Assembly: GCA_025786725.1 (NCBI GenBank)
Contig: JAHLTZ010000008.1
Coordinates: forward strand, 755,656 to 819,655
Source: Syncephalis fuscata S228
Taxonomy: Eukaryota; Fungi; Zoopagomycota
Reading direction: 5' to 3'
DNA: 64,000 bases
Shown here: positions 41,340-52,910 of the stretch, piece after piece
How the letters are laid out: every line of letters starts with the position of its first letter
Position numbering within the stretch: position 1 is the stretch's first letter
Position numbers and translations under genes: made by a program
Notes under the pieces: generated by a model
The model's database searches: none
What the model saw: the letters and a program-made list of their open reading frames with translations, nothing else
What the model was told of the DNA's origin: nothing

Positions 41340-41804
41340 TTTATAAAAACAATTTAAATATGGTTAACGGCTAAGCACCAGGTTGCAGAGTGTGCTAACA
41401 CCGATGGTATAGCTGGTGTTAATTTTTGGTGTTAAAAAGGCGTTTTTAATTAATTAATGTTATCAATAAATGGTGTTGAGTGCGCAATCAAAGTATTATT
41501 AAATATTGCTATGCTGCATCCATTTACCCTTCCGCCTATCTTATAATTAAACCATTGGCAATTACCAATTGCCCATGTTTTCTCAAATATGCTGTAGTCA
41601 TTGGTACGTATTGCCAGCTTTAAGTGACTCTAGATTTGATTTATAGCTTTACTTTGCCATCTGGCAAACATAGGAATAAATGGTACCTTTTTCTTATCAA
41701 ATAATGCCTTGGCGTGTGCCCTGTATATTTGCCATATTGCTGACGCCGCAATACTTTGATTTCTAGAATGAATTTGTTCCATGCCCACAGTCCATTCAAA
41801 ACAT
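41340..41804 (-). mobile_element. 5'-truncated LINE 3' end, copy 2
   Basis: Near-identical direct copy of ~38850-39316. Confidence 0.7.
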
Positions 41805-42167
41805 TTGCCCGTGTAAATTTCGGTATTATTTACTCTGAGTTTAAGTATTTACTAAATACGGCTTAACATAAAAATCCCATAAATTAGCACGTTAGAACAT
41901 CAATATTCCAATGCACCTTCCAAAAATCATAACAACTGTTTTATTACTGTAATTTCTATTCGTTTTACAGCTGTATTTATAGTATAACCAGCAAATAAAT
42001 AGACTAGTATTAAGCGTTACATCCAATTCATATTGGATTATATCTTTGGTAATAATTGTATTGGAAGATAATAATTTTAAAAGTTACTATTTATAGCTTA
42101 TAATTAAATTACAAATTATACATTTATATTAAACATAGAGCTAGTTATACCTTCAATTATATACTAC

Positions 42168-42831
42168 TGTTACTAATTTACCTGTATAACTATGGTGTAA
42201 ATTGCGCTATTTACTAAATGTGGTAAATAACTTAATTAGCAATAATTACATCACGTGATTGTTCCCATTTCTGGTAATCGTCAGGGTCCTTACAAAGATA
42301 GTCGTGCTTTCAGCCAAGATACGACGATCATACTATTATAATTGCTTCTAATTCGTAGCAGGAAACACAGCGCCTATAAATATTTGCGATCCACGGCCCC
42401 ATATTACTTATTAAAGTAACACTGGCCCCATATCGCTTGAAGAAGAAATTGAACAGACAAGCCGTTCAAGTTCTTCCTTCGCAGTATTCAAGACCATTTA
42501 CTATAAAATGGCAACTATGTTTCTTAATCTTAATAAACATTATCTTATCTTGGTTTAAATTCTTTTTTATTTTATTTGAATTTTGAACCTTTTGATCATT
42601 TCAGTCTTGCAGTGATTGCTAGACTGAACTGATCTTTTTATCTGAGTTAACAATATTCTAGTCATTTATTCTACTTCTGTGGAAATTATTAATTAAAGGT
42701 TAATAATCTTTATTAATAAAAACAATTAAGTAAGTCTTATATAACACTAATTACTAACATTATAGGTCACTCAAGACCAAGCATAATATTAGTAATCTGT
42801 TTATTATTCTACTCTTAGTGGAATAGTAACA
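42168..42831 (+). repeat. 5' LTR
   Basis: TG...CA ends with 8-bp terminal inverted repeat; appears identical to 44237-44900. Confidence 0.95.
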
Positions 42832-42833
42832 TT

Positions 42834-42851
42834 TGGCGAGCACACCAGGAC
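42834..42851 (+). promoter_or_regulatory. Primer binding site (probably tRNA-Arg)
   Basis: TGGCGAGCACACCAGGAC 2 nt after the 5' LTR; resembles the complement of the eukaryotic tRNA-Arg(ACG) 3' end. Confidence 0.75.
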
Positions 42852-42913
42852 CTGGTAAAACAGGTCCACCGGCCCCGAAAGATCTCCTGTGCAAATAAAT
42901 AAAGCATTATGCT

Positions 42914-44245
42914 ATGGACGGCCCGGAAAACTCAAGAGTAAGAAGAACTCCATTATGGACAACAGGCTACACCACAGATACAAGATACAAGTACAATGAT
43001 TATTATCTGCCCCATAAAACAATGGACTACCACGCAAAAATTGATGATAGCATTCCGTTATTCAACAGTTTAATTAAAGACGAAGATCCAATTCTGTGGC
43101 TGGAACTATTTGAGCAAGGTGCTAGACGGAATGGATGGCTAGAGTACGAAAAACTAGCGAAAGTATCATTGTATCTGGAAGGACGTGCAGCGCTGTGGTT
43201 TTACGATGTAGAAGATTGGATCCAAACATGGAGAGAAAGCGATGATTTTGGTCATTATTCAACCAATTCATTCTATGGAAAATTCTACGCAAAGTTTATT
43301 ACTCCAAGTATAGAACGTCTTTGGCTAGAACAATTTCGATATTGCACATTTGTAAAGAATGATAGTGTTACAACATTTGCTAAACGGTTAAGCGAAATAC
43401 ACAAACGTTGTACGCTATATCTAAATGTTAGTGACGCTGAACTGATCGATCAATTTAAGCAAAATTTATCTGTTGTAATACGGGAAAAATTGTTAAGACA
43501 TTTAGATTTTATGGAACGCGAATATCAAATTCGACAATACAGCTTTGATACAATCGTTAAAATCACTCAAAGAGTGGAGTTAAACCACATTAATGAATAT
43601 GGTAGCCTACCATATGACTATTCATGTGAACAAATTGATCACGAGCCGTATCATTGCCATTACGCAAAATCAATTTATATGCGAGAATGGATATATACGT
43701 CTGTTCACCAAATTCGTCACAAAGTACAACCAAAGTCAACAGCGTGTCAGCCGACAGTACATATTGTCAACAAATGTCCGCCGAATCAAACTGCCTCAGA
43801 CAAAGTAATTGATACTAAGCAACAAGAAGATATAGTTGAATATGAAGGCACTAATAATATCAATTCAAGTACTACGTCATATGATTTGCAAGTTGATTCA
43901 ACAATTGTCGATAAAATACAACAAAGGTTAATATCATGCAACAACTACATCGAGCTAGTAAACAACAATGTAGACAAGTTCGATGAGATAAAATTGAATG
44001 CTACTAAATTGGTTCGGCTTAAACGCAATGCCGAGAATATAAATATAAATTATATATTGCATTCGAATAACTTGCCATTATTGTCAGCTTTCGACAACTA
44101 CAATTATGGCATCTTTATGTTGGATAACAGAGGTAAAGGAAGCGCTAAACCATACGAAGAATTATCTTTGTCCAACTTAAAACATTCTTTGTGTTATGGA
44201 CAATGCGAGGACGCATTTTCGTGTGGTGCAGGGGAATGTTACTAA
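42914..44245 (+). CDS. gag: Retrotransposon Gag (Ty3/gypsy capsid-like), 443 aa
   Basis: EDPILWLELFEQGARRNGW...KLAKVSLYLEGRAALWF and SVTTFAKRLSEI...LIDQFKQNL (MHR-like); stop codon lies inside the 3' LTR. Confidence 0.9.
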   Translation: MDGPENSRVRRTPLWTTGYTTDTRYKYNDYYLPHKTMDYHAKIDDSIPLFNSLIKDEDPILWLELFEQGARRNGWLEYEKLAKVSLYLEGRAALWFYDVEDWIQTWRESDDFGHYSTNSFYGKFYAKFITPSIERLWLEQFRYCTFVKNDSVTTFAKRLSEIHKRCTLYLNVSDAELIDQFKQNLSVVIREKLLRHLDFMEREYQIRQYSFDTIVKITQRVELNHINEYGSLPYDYSCEQIDHEPYHCHYAKSIYMREWIYTSVHQIRHKVQPKSTACQPTVHIVNKCPPNQTASDKVIDTKQQEDIVEYEGTNNINSSTTSYDLQVDSTIVDKIQQRLISCNNYIELVNNNVDKFDEIKLNATKLVRLKRNAENININYILHSNNLPLLSAFDNYNYGIFMLDNRGKGSAKPYEELSLSNLKHSLCYGQCEDAFSCGAGECY

Positions 44246-44900
44246 TTTACCTGTATAACTATGGTGTAAATTGCGCTATTTACTAAATGTGGTAAATAAC
44301 TTAATTAGCAATAATTACATCACGTGATTGTTCCCATTTCTGGTAATCGTCAGGGTCCTTACAAAGATAGTCGTGCTTTCAGCCAAGATACGACGATCAT
44401 ACTATTATAATTGCTTCTAATTCGTAGCAGGAAACACAGCGCCTATAAATATTTGCGATCCACGGCCCCATATTACTTATTAAAGTAACACTGGCCCCAT
44501 ATCGCTTGAAGAAGAAATTGAACAGACAAGCCGTTCAAGTTCTTCCTTCGCAGTATTCAAGACCATTTACTATAAAATGGCAACTATGTTTCTTAATCTT
44601 AATAAACATTATCTTATCTTGGTTTAAATTCTTTTTTATTTTATTTGAATTTTGAACCTTTTGATCATTTCAGTCTTGCAGTGATTGCTAGACTGAACTG
44701 ATCTTTTTATCTGAGTTAACAATATTCTAGTCATTTATTCTACTTCTGTGGAAATTATTAATTAAAGGTTAATAATCTTTATTAATAAAAACAATTAAGT
44801 AAGTCTTATATAACACTAATTACTAACATTATAGGTCACTCAAGACCAAGCATAATATTAGTAATCTGTTTATTATTCTACTCTTAGTGGAATAGTAACA
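44237..44900 (+). repeat. 3' LTR
   Basis: Copy of 42168-42831 followed by the CTAC TSD. Confidence 0.95.
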
Positions 44901-45341
44901 CTACTTTTATTTAAACATTGATAAAAAAACCAGATTTAATAAATTGTCGCAATTAATTCATCGGGGGTTTTTCTTGTTTTTTTCCTAATCCATTTGATGC
45001 GATAAGAATACGTAACATTTATCTAGCATTTAAAGATTAAATCTTATCAAAATTGCTTTTATTCCAGTTTTGTTCTATAAAAGTAAAATTTATCATTCTA
45101 TTTTTATAAAGTGCTGTTTTAAATGGTATTTGGAAATATCATGCGGCGCATACTCAATTTAGCAAGTCCCAACTAACGAGTACCCGTAGGACTTTTAAAA
45201 AATTGAATAAATATTAGCAGCAGTATTACTACGCGCATCGCTTTTAGTTCTTCCTTTTTACGACTCACAGGCTCTTGCCATTGTTATTACTTTCCAGCCA
45301 ATTATTTGACTTTAACGAACAATTTTGTTATAATGATACTT

Positions 45342-46882
45342 ATGAAAAATAGTCAGCTTACTAAGTGGGCCAGTGCTTTGGCATTTATTTTATCTGCACA
45401 TCTTGCTTTAGCCACAGCGCATAATATTAGCCAGCTCAAAAGTATAACTATTACTAATGCTCAGTTTTATAATTTGTGGCTAATAGCAAATTTTAGATGT
45501 TTTAATGAATCGTAAAAGAGGCCCTCCCGATGGAATCGGTGTTCCTGATAATCTTAATCCAACGAACCAAGAATACTCATGGACACAGAAATATAACTTT
45601 CAACGTGTTCTTGTGAAATGCCGAGCTCCTACTGCTTTTAATAATCAGTTTCAATTTTATCAGGTAATAACTACAAATATTTGGTTGCAAAGTTTGTCAT
45701 CCTTTAATGCTTATTTTAGGATTTTATAAATAAAGCATCTACGCTACGTGGTGTCGCAGGAAACGAATACATTACAGCACCTCTTTTCGACTTTGACATA
45801 CACGAAAAGCGCTGTTTTGTTCTATTAGACAATTGTCCCTTGTCATTGACCGTTTACTCAGGATATATATCACCGGCTAAAAAAACAGAATTATTTCCTC
45901 GTTTATTTAAGCAGTTGATACAAGGTAGCTATCTATTGTTAATAGTTTGCTATGCATGTCATTATTAATTAACTACGTTTATTTAGGTGTTAACTATGTA
46001 CATCAACTTGGATGGGCCAATTTAAACTTTGATTTAAACAGTAAGTTATTACTGTTTAACTAATGTTTATCGGTACACTAAGCAACAACAATAGGCATTT
46101 GTATTAAATTAAACCCAGAACCAACAATGATGATTTATCTTGATCGTATAAAAAGCTTGAAGCCACTTCAATATAACACCGACCAAACAGTTATACCTAA
46201 GCCAGCGTATGATCCCTTTCTACTCTACCCAAACGAATGGGTCTCTCAAAATCTTGTAGATCCACGTAAAGCTGACTTATGGAACATTGGTGAAATATTC
46301 TACTATGCATTTTTTTCCAACATTAAATATTACGAAGGATTAGAAGAGGCAAAGCAAATGGTTGATCACACATTCTCCTCGATTAAAATGCCACGACCAA
46401 CATCTTCGGTCAATCTACAAGAAGCGTTTAAAACATTTTTGCCCAAGTTTAAGTATTTCATAAAACATCAATTAAATGATAGCTTAAATTCTTTAAATAG
46501 TAACAGTAAAAGCAGCAGTGATCTAGCTATTTTGCTTAATTTACATGGCGGTTTCCCTCAACAGCTTATTACAACACGACCACAGACGCCGTTTAACGAG
46601 ATAGTGCTATCGCAAAGTATAATCAACCTGTTAAAAACCAGTTTGGGTATTATCTACCATGACGACCATTTTAAACATTATACGCAGTTTATACTTAACG
46701 GATTTTATCGTTTGGGCATTATAGGTGCTGTAACATTGGATTACACTCAGCATTCTAAAATGTACGCTCCTGCACTCAAAATGATCTCTCAACTCTTGGT
46801 TTGGTATCCGCAACAACGACCCACACCAGAAGATTATATCAAACAATGGATTAGTAGAGAAACTGCTCAAGCTACGTCATAA
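45342..46882 (+). CDS. Secreted protein-kinase-like (probable pseudokinase), 4 introns
   Basis: Signal peptide MKNSQLTKWASALAFILSAHLALA; VLVKC; micro-exon 45987-46040 GVNYVHQLGWANLNFDLNS; KADLWNIGEIFY (subdomain IX); LLVWYPQQRPT (subdomain XI). Confidence 0.8.
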
Positions 46883-47170
46883 TTAGTCTAATGGTTATTT
46901 GGATTGGTTGTCATGTTCAAAAGCACATTATCAATAGTATGGTTATCAAATAGCTGCTTCATTTTACATATTTTACAATTGACTAATAATCATTTTAAAC
47001 TTTAATACAAAATGCAAGTAAAATATAAACGTAACATTATTATTATTGTTGTTGTTATTGTTATTATTACTATTTTAGCGATGGGCACTGAAAGACGCTA
47101 TAAATGTATAGAATTGGATGGCAAAAGAGAAAGAAAGAAAGAAGAAAGGAGAATAAAATAAAGTGTGTTA

Positions 47171-49453
47171 TTATTCGCGGAAAGAAACGGTTCGTTTACG
47201 TAACGGCGTGGCATCTTCCTTTGTTTGACCACGACGTGGACGACGTGTATAGTCGAGAATAAGGAAACGACCGCCATACCGATCAATTCGGCCAGTAAAT
47301 GAAGGTGTAACACATAATTCATCGTCACGAGCATGTGATCGACTAGAAATTTGTGTAGTGGAGGGAAGTGCTAAATTGCTGAATGGTGAACCTGATCTAA
47401 AGGCAGCATCTAACGCATTAAATTGCGGCGATGATGTTGTTTGAGGAGCAATTAATGGCGATAAACGCGGTGAAACAGAACGGCTATGTGGTGCATGCGA
47501 ATGTGGTGTAGGTGCACAAAGATGCTGAGTACGCGTTTTTGGGCTTTCGCCCGATGATAGCTCATTATCGGTCGTATTATCAACAGGTTGACATTCCTCC
47601 CACTCTGTTGGCCATAGCCAGCGTAAAGCTAGACCCGTTGTTACATCTACAAGACAACGACGGCCTTCCTCGTTGCTTACTACAGCTACCGAACCAAGGA
47701 CATGAGCTGGACGCGGTGTAGCCCATGGCCAATGGCACTGATAGCGTGGAAGGCCATTTGACAACGAAAGAGCTAGACAACGGGGTGGAGCAAGCGCGTC
47801 TACGTCCAACGAGGCTGCATTGGCTGCTGACAAGTTATTGCCAACATCAGCGTCAGGATGTAAAAAGAACTGTGCTATACCAGCCTCGGCAAATACTTCA
47901 ACCGAGTGTAGATCACGATGACGTGCCAATTCGCGATCCCACAACAAACAGTTTAAACGTGTAGAATGCAAAGCAACACGAGAGCGACGCTGACTATGCG
48001 CCACTGTAGCGCCGGATGGGTCTCTACACTGTGTGTATACCACAAGTACACGATCTGCATCAACGGCATAGACACGTAGCGTATCACGGTCAACACCTTC
48101 GATTGGCAACATACCCGCACGCGATGCACGACGTTGTCCATTGTGTTTAATAGGCGATGGATCGTTATTGGCACTGTTACGCGACCGAACCGACCATTGC
48201 TCCCAAAGCATCTGTAGACGATGGCCTACAACACCGCAGGCATAGACGAGGAGCGATCGATCGTCGGATGCTTGTACACAGCCATGACCAAGACTGCTGC
48301 CGAAATTACCAACTTCGGTGGCATTTCGAGCCAGATCGTAGACTGTATACCCGTTGACTGCAGCACCAGATAAAGGTGATCCACAAGTGCTGGTCGAATT
48401 GGCCGATCCAGTGCCTTGTGATGAGCGTGGCGTCACTAGCCAACGACCACGTAATTCAGTCAATCTAGATGCATCAAATCCATCAACTCGATATGCCATA
48501 TGTTGATGGCCAGTCTTCCATACACAAAGTGTGTGACGGGGTGTAACAAACATTGAGCCGCTATTGTTGGGCACAGGCAAATTGACACCATCCGTAACAG
48601 CAGCGGCAATGGAATCAGCGACCAACACCACAACAAATCGATCATTAATACGTGCATCTGCCACGCCGGGAATGCGGGCCACGCCCAACGCAGAACGACG
48701 AGCGCCTCGGCCACGTAGAACACGAGGTGGTGGCGTAGTTAAAACACCAGGTATACCTTGCATACCTTTGTCGGATAATTCGTAGAATCGTGGTGAATAA
48801 TCTCCCCGATGCTCAACAATGATAACTCGACCTTCACGGGCCACTCGTAAAATTGTACCGGCTGCACCACTGGCGAGTACATTGACACGCTCACCTTTCT
48901 CGACGGGCAAAATCACTTCACGTAGACGTGCACGCAGCGGTGCCATTTCTGATGTTTTCTTTTTCAATCTACTCGCTCTACTCCCTTCACTTGATTCATC
49001 TTGTAAGCCGCCGTTACGCCAGGCCGTTTCTAATTGTCGCCGAGCCAGAAACACTTGATTCCAGCTGATTTCTATGGTATCGTTGGATGCGCCACCAAAG
49101 GTAGACACACTATCTTTAAGCCACGAACGTAGCCAGTCGCGCTCCTCGTGAGCACTTAATAAATAAGCCGCGCGGTATAAACGACGGCCAAAGCCTGGGT
49201 CCGCCATTACGGCACGGTGTAGTTGCCACGAACATGCAGCCAAACGAACAGCTGTACGTAAGTCATCAGGGCTAATAAACCGAACAATACGTTGTAATAC
49301 TGCGTCTGGAATGCCCAGTGGCGCATTTAATTTCTCTATGCTTCGTTGATGTCGATGGCCCGATATTTTTACCTTTTCGCTGTAGCGGGTAAGTGTGGAT
49401 TTACGTGCCGGATTACGAGCGGGCTTTGTCCAGGGAATCACGTCGGGAGACAT
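47171..49453 (-). CDS. Intronless 760-aa F-box-like protein
   Basis: Long ORF; LGIPDAVLQRIVRFISPDDLRTAVRLAACSWQLHRAV F-box-like motif; W...F..R..LE.AWR pattern similar to the 33-kb gene. Confidence 0.75.
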   Translation of the reverse strand: MSPDVIPWTKPARNPARKSTLTRYSEKVKISGHRHQRSIEKLNAPLGIPDAVLQRIVRFISPDDLRTAVRLAACSWQLHRAVMADPGFGRRLYRAAYLLSAHEERDWLRSWLKDSVSTFGGASNDTIEISWNQVFLARRQLETAWRNGGLQDESSEGSRASRLKKKTSEMAPLRARLREVILPVEKGERVNVLASGAAGTILRVAREGRVIIVEHRGDYSPRFYELSDKGMQGIPGVLTTPPPRVLRGRGARRSALGVARIPGVADARINDRFVVVLVADSIAAAVTDGVNLPVPNNSGSMFVTPRHTLCVWKTGHQHMAYRVDGFDASRLTELRGRWLVTPRSSQGTGSANSTSTCGSPLSGAAVNGYTVYDLARNATEVGNFGSSLGHGCVQASDDRSLLVYACGVVGHRLQMLWEQWSVRSRNSANNDPSPIKHNGQRRASRAGMLPIEGVDRDTLRVYAVDADRVLVVYTQCRDPSGATVAHSQRRSRVALHSTRLNCLLWDRELARHRDLHSVEVFAEAGIAQFFLHPDADVGNNLSAANAASLDVDALAPPRCLALSLSNGLPRYQCHWPWATPRPAHVLGSVAVVSNEEGRRCLVDVTTGLALRWLWPTEWEECQPVDNTTDNELSSGESPKTRTQHLCAPTPHSHAPHSRSVSPRLSPLIAPQTTSSPQFNALDAAFRSGSPFSNLALPSTTQISSRSHARDDELCVTPSFTGRIDRYGGRFLILDYTRRPRRGQTKEDATPLRKRTVSFRE

Positions 49454-50135
49454 GCTACGGTCACTACTACCACTAATACTACTAATATGGTTAGAAAAAG
49501 ATACTAATAAAATATAAACGCAGTCTATTAAAGAACCAACGACTCGTCAAAGTGTAGAATAAAAGTCGTGTGTGTGTGTGTGTGTGCGAGTGTGTAAGAC
49601 AATAGTGCTTGTAAGAAGAAAGAATAGGAATGAGAGTGGAAAGTTAGGCCGTGCTCTGGTCGGCGAGAGAAAGGACGGAATATAACAACGAGATTCAGAG
49701 AACGCAATAGAGTGGCTAAAGATAAGAATATAGCTAAGCCACGAGATGAACGTCGTGGAGTCTGGACAAGTCGGTGGAGTCTGACTAAAAAAGGACAAGG
49801 CGGTAGAAGCGAAGGAGGTGCAAATAGATGGCAACCACTCTATTTGGTTGGCCGGTAAAAGATGGCCAAGGTCTAGTATGGAATGCACTCTCTGGTTAAT
49901 AATATTGACCCGTAAGAATATTAACCTGCAAGGACACGCACGTAGATATGCACGCACGTACTGGTACACTCGCGCTCGCTATTACTCACGATACTTACAA
50001 TGAAAGCAAGTAAAAATAGAATAATAGAAAAGTGTGTGATATATTGGTTTAATAAATGATCAAAATACTAAGTAATTGAATGAATCGATAGCGAGTGACA
50101 GATAAAATGCAAAGATCTAATAAACGTAGAATAAA

Positions 50136-50177
50136 GCGTGCGTGCGTGTGTGTGTGTGCGTGCGTGTGTGTGTGTGT
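50136..50177 (+). repeat. Compound (CGTG)n/(TG)n microsatellite
   Basis: Directly visible; other microsatellites at ~2567 (CA), ~49567 (TG), ~51869 (CTACCA). Confidence 0.85.
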
Positions 50178-52910
50178 GGAATGGTTTTACGAAGTTAGAA
50201 GAGTCAACTAAAGTACTTTTAATAAAGTAAAGTGTTATAAAGACTAATAATAATGCTACTATTAGAACTAGAACTATTAATGAGGCGATGACGGATGATG
50301 CTGATAAATGTGCTATTCCTGGCGTGATATCATGCCAAGAGGGTTTATTTATGTCTCTGGACAAAGGCGAATTGGCCAGCAATAAGCTAAACATGCCCCG
50401 CATCACAGTCGTCGGTGATAGGCGGGTACGGCTACACGGCTATGATTATTATAATACGCCGACAAATAATGTACATTATCACAGGTATTGTTGTTGTTAT
50501 TGCTATTATTGTTATTATTATGGTTATTTTCCGTGACTGTTCCGGAAATCGGTTTCGTATCCTTCCTTCCTTCCTTTGATAGAGAAAACGTCTGCCACTT
50601 GTCGCCTTGACTCTTCTTTTTGCTTGTTTCTTCTTCCTTGATTCTCCTTTATCTTCGGTAAGAGAGTGGCAACAGCGTAGGTGAGAATGCGTTGCGTTTG
50701 AATAGTGCTTCAGCCATGAAAGGCCTTCTCCTTGTACAATACTACTCATATTTACCAACTTTTAATCTAGTACCCTTTCCACGTGCGACTAAACTATTTT
50801 GAAATGCCAGGGCCGTGGCTTGTTCTGTTAAAGTTGCCTTTATTTTTTATTACCACAAGTCTATTGTCGTCGTTGTTGCTGCTGCTATTACTAATAGTAC
50901 TTATTCAACGTGTGTCGTACATAATTGTCTGGATTCAACGCAATCCTGATAGCCAAGCAATGATTCGATGTTTCAATCCACCCTTTGACCTGCAGCTCTT
51001 GCTGATCCATCTTTTTTTAGCAATTCATTGTAAAAATAAACATATTATTTAGTTAGTTCTAGGATTAGTCAACAGCTTGGGCCCACTGCGTTGAATTAGA
51101 CCATTGCTGTTGTGTGACAAGCATTAGTGTATTGTTCTTAATCTATTTATATTGTCCTTGATCTATGAACATTGTCTGTACTAGTATTATTTAATAGTAA
51201 CTGACTGCATCAATGATAGATAACAATAACAAATGGGCAAATCATACACACAAAACAACGCAGTGTATCCAACCAAATAACCAGTCTCCATTTGCATCGT
51301 TATTTCGTTGTCTACACTGGTACAATGGTTATTTCCATTATATCTATCGATCATTGTCATAAGCGGCCACTAGGATGGGCCATTTACAGCAATTGCTTAA
51401 TTTAGTATAGGTCGTGTTTTCAATTTATCCTTTTCCGGTCAGTTTTCCCCCAATCCTTGAGATTCGTCAACGACCATCGAGCCATTTCACGTGTTGTTTA
51501 GTAATACCGCCGTTCTCTCTTGGCATATTTGCTTTACGACAAGCACGCGTGGATTTGAACGCACTGCTCCGACAAAACCTCGTTAGTACTGTTCTCTTTT
51601 TACTCAATTAACACTCCGTGCTGTATCGTCGCTATTCTTATTATTGCTGCTGTTGTCGCTGTTATTAATATTCTGTCTCTTTATTCTCTTTATCACATCC
51701 CGTGCTTACCTATCTGTTTAACCAACCAACCATTTATATCGCTGGTATTACGCAGCTATTACATCTATACAGCTATATGAGCGCGTGAATACCAAGCTTT
51801 GCTTTCGTTTGAAAATACCTTTGTCTTAGATACATTCTATTACCTTTCTTTCTTTGTTCTAACCAACACTACTACCACTACTACCACTACTACCACTACT
51901 ACCTGTGCTCGTTTATTCTAGTAAGTAATCTCGCAATGGACTATTCATACCAGACAGTATTGCTATGATAAGGGGATGTAATTATTTGTAATAATAGCCA
52001 TATTTTGGTAAATGGTTTATTATTGTTTGTATCGTCTGTAAAGTCTATAGAATATGAATAATAGACACATGCCATCCAACTCACAAGGAACTATGGCTAC
52101 TCAAAACACCATTCGTAACTGCAGCACATGCCATGCCTTTAATGCATAAGAATGCATGTTATCACGCAGGGAATATTGCATTTAAAGGATTAACGCCATA
52201 TGGCTCCTTATTTTATGTTTTTTGCCTTTCCTCAGCTATTTTATCTTTGTATGGTAAAAGTAGTAATTATTTATTTAATTTTACATGTGATCATTTATAT
52301 TGTATTGCATATTAACTTAATTTACAGCGTATTTAAAACACAACAAAGACATGAGATAATAATAATAATAGCTATATATTATTCGTTTATTTATTTATAC
52401 TATTGCTTAACGATCTATATGTTATCGTCGGTTATACAAAATTGTTACATCGGTATAAATTTTCTTTTTTCTCCGTGACTATCCGATCTGAAACTATTAT
52501 ATTAAAATGACGACTTTTGATTGGAACAAGGCCGGTACATCTATGCCGAAATGCTATCAATCTATGTTGTCGTTTTAGTAATATTAATTATAAATAAACA
52601 GGGATAGATGAACTATGGCAACGCAATACTAACTGTTCTTTTGTGTCCTGCTTGTTTTAGATTGCATTGCTTAGTATTCCCGACAAGATTTTTTATTGTT
52701 TTACAAAAAAATATTAGTCGAGTAAGTAGAAATTTATAAATGTCACTGAAACCTTGTTCGCTAATGACGTTTCACCAGATTTCTTTTCTGTTTACCATTT
52801 GCATTCTTGCATGTGATGGTGTACCACCTTCATTTCTAAATCGATATTCATAGCTCTAGATTCATTAGCAAACAACAAGTCACTGGACTGTATTTTAAAG
52901 CAATTACGCT

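Larger units (their letters stand above)
42168..44900 (+). mobile_element. Non-autonomous gag-only LTR retrotransposon (Ty3/gypsy-like, TR-GAG-like), 2733 bp
   Basis: Two 664-bp LTRs (TGTTACTA...TAGTAACA), 4-bp TSD CTAC, PBS at 42834, purine tract GGGGAA before the 3' LTR, single gag ORF, no pol. Confidence 0.95.

Noticed and set aside
38850-41804. 460-bp direct repeats as LTRs of a second LTR element
   Set aside because: No TG...CA ends, PBS, PPT or TSD; the reverse strand resembles a LINE ORF2 C-terminus
49547-52478. Short ORFs in the long intergenic region between the F-box-like and hydrolase genes
   Set aside because: Low-complexity or microsatellite-derived translations with no recognisable domains
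52505-52530. GACTTTTGATTGGAACAA resembling part of the Fanzor tail
   Set aside because: Match too short, and flanks do not align
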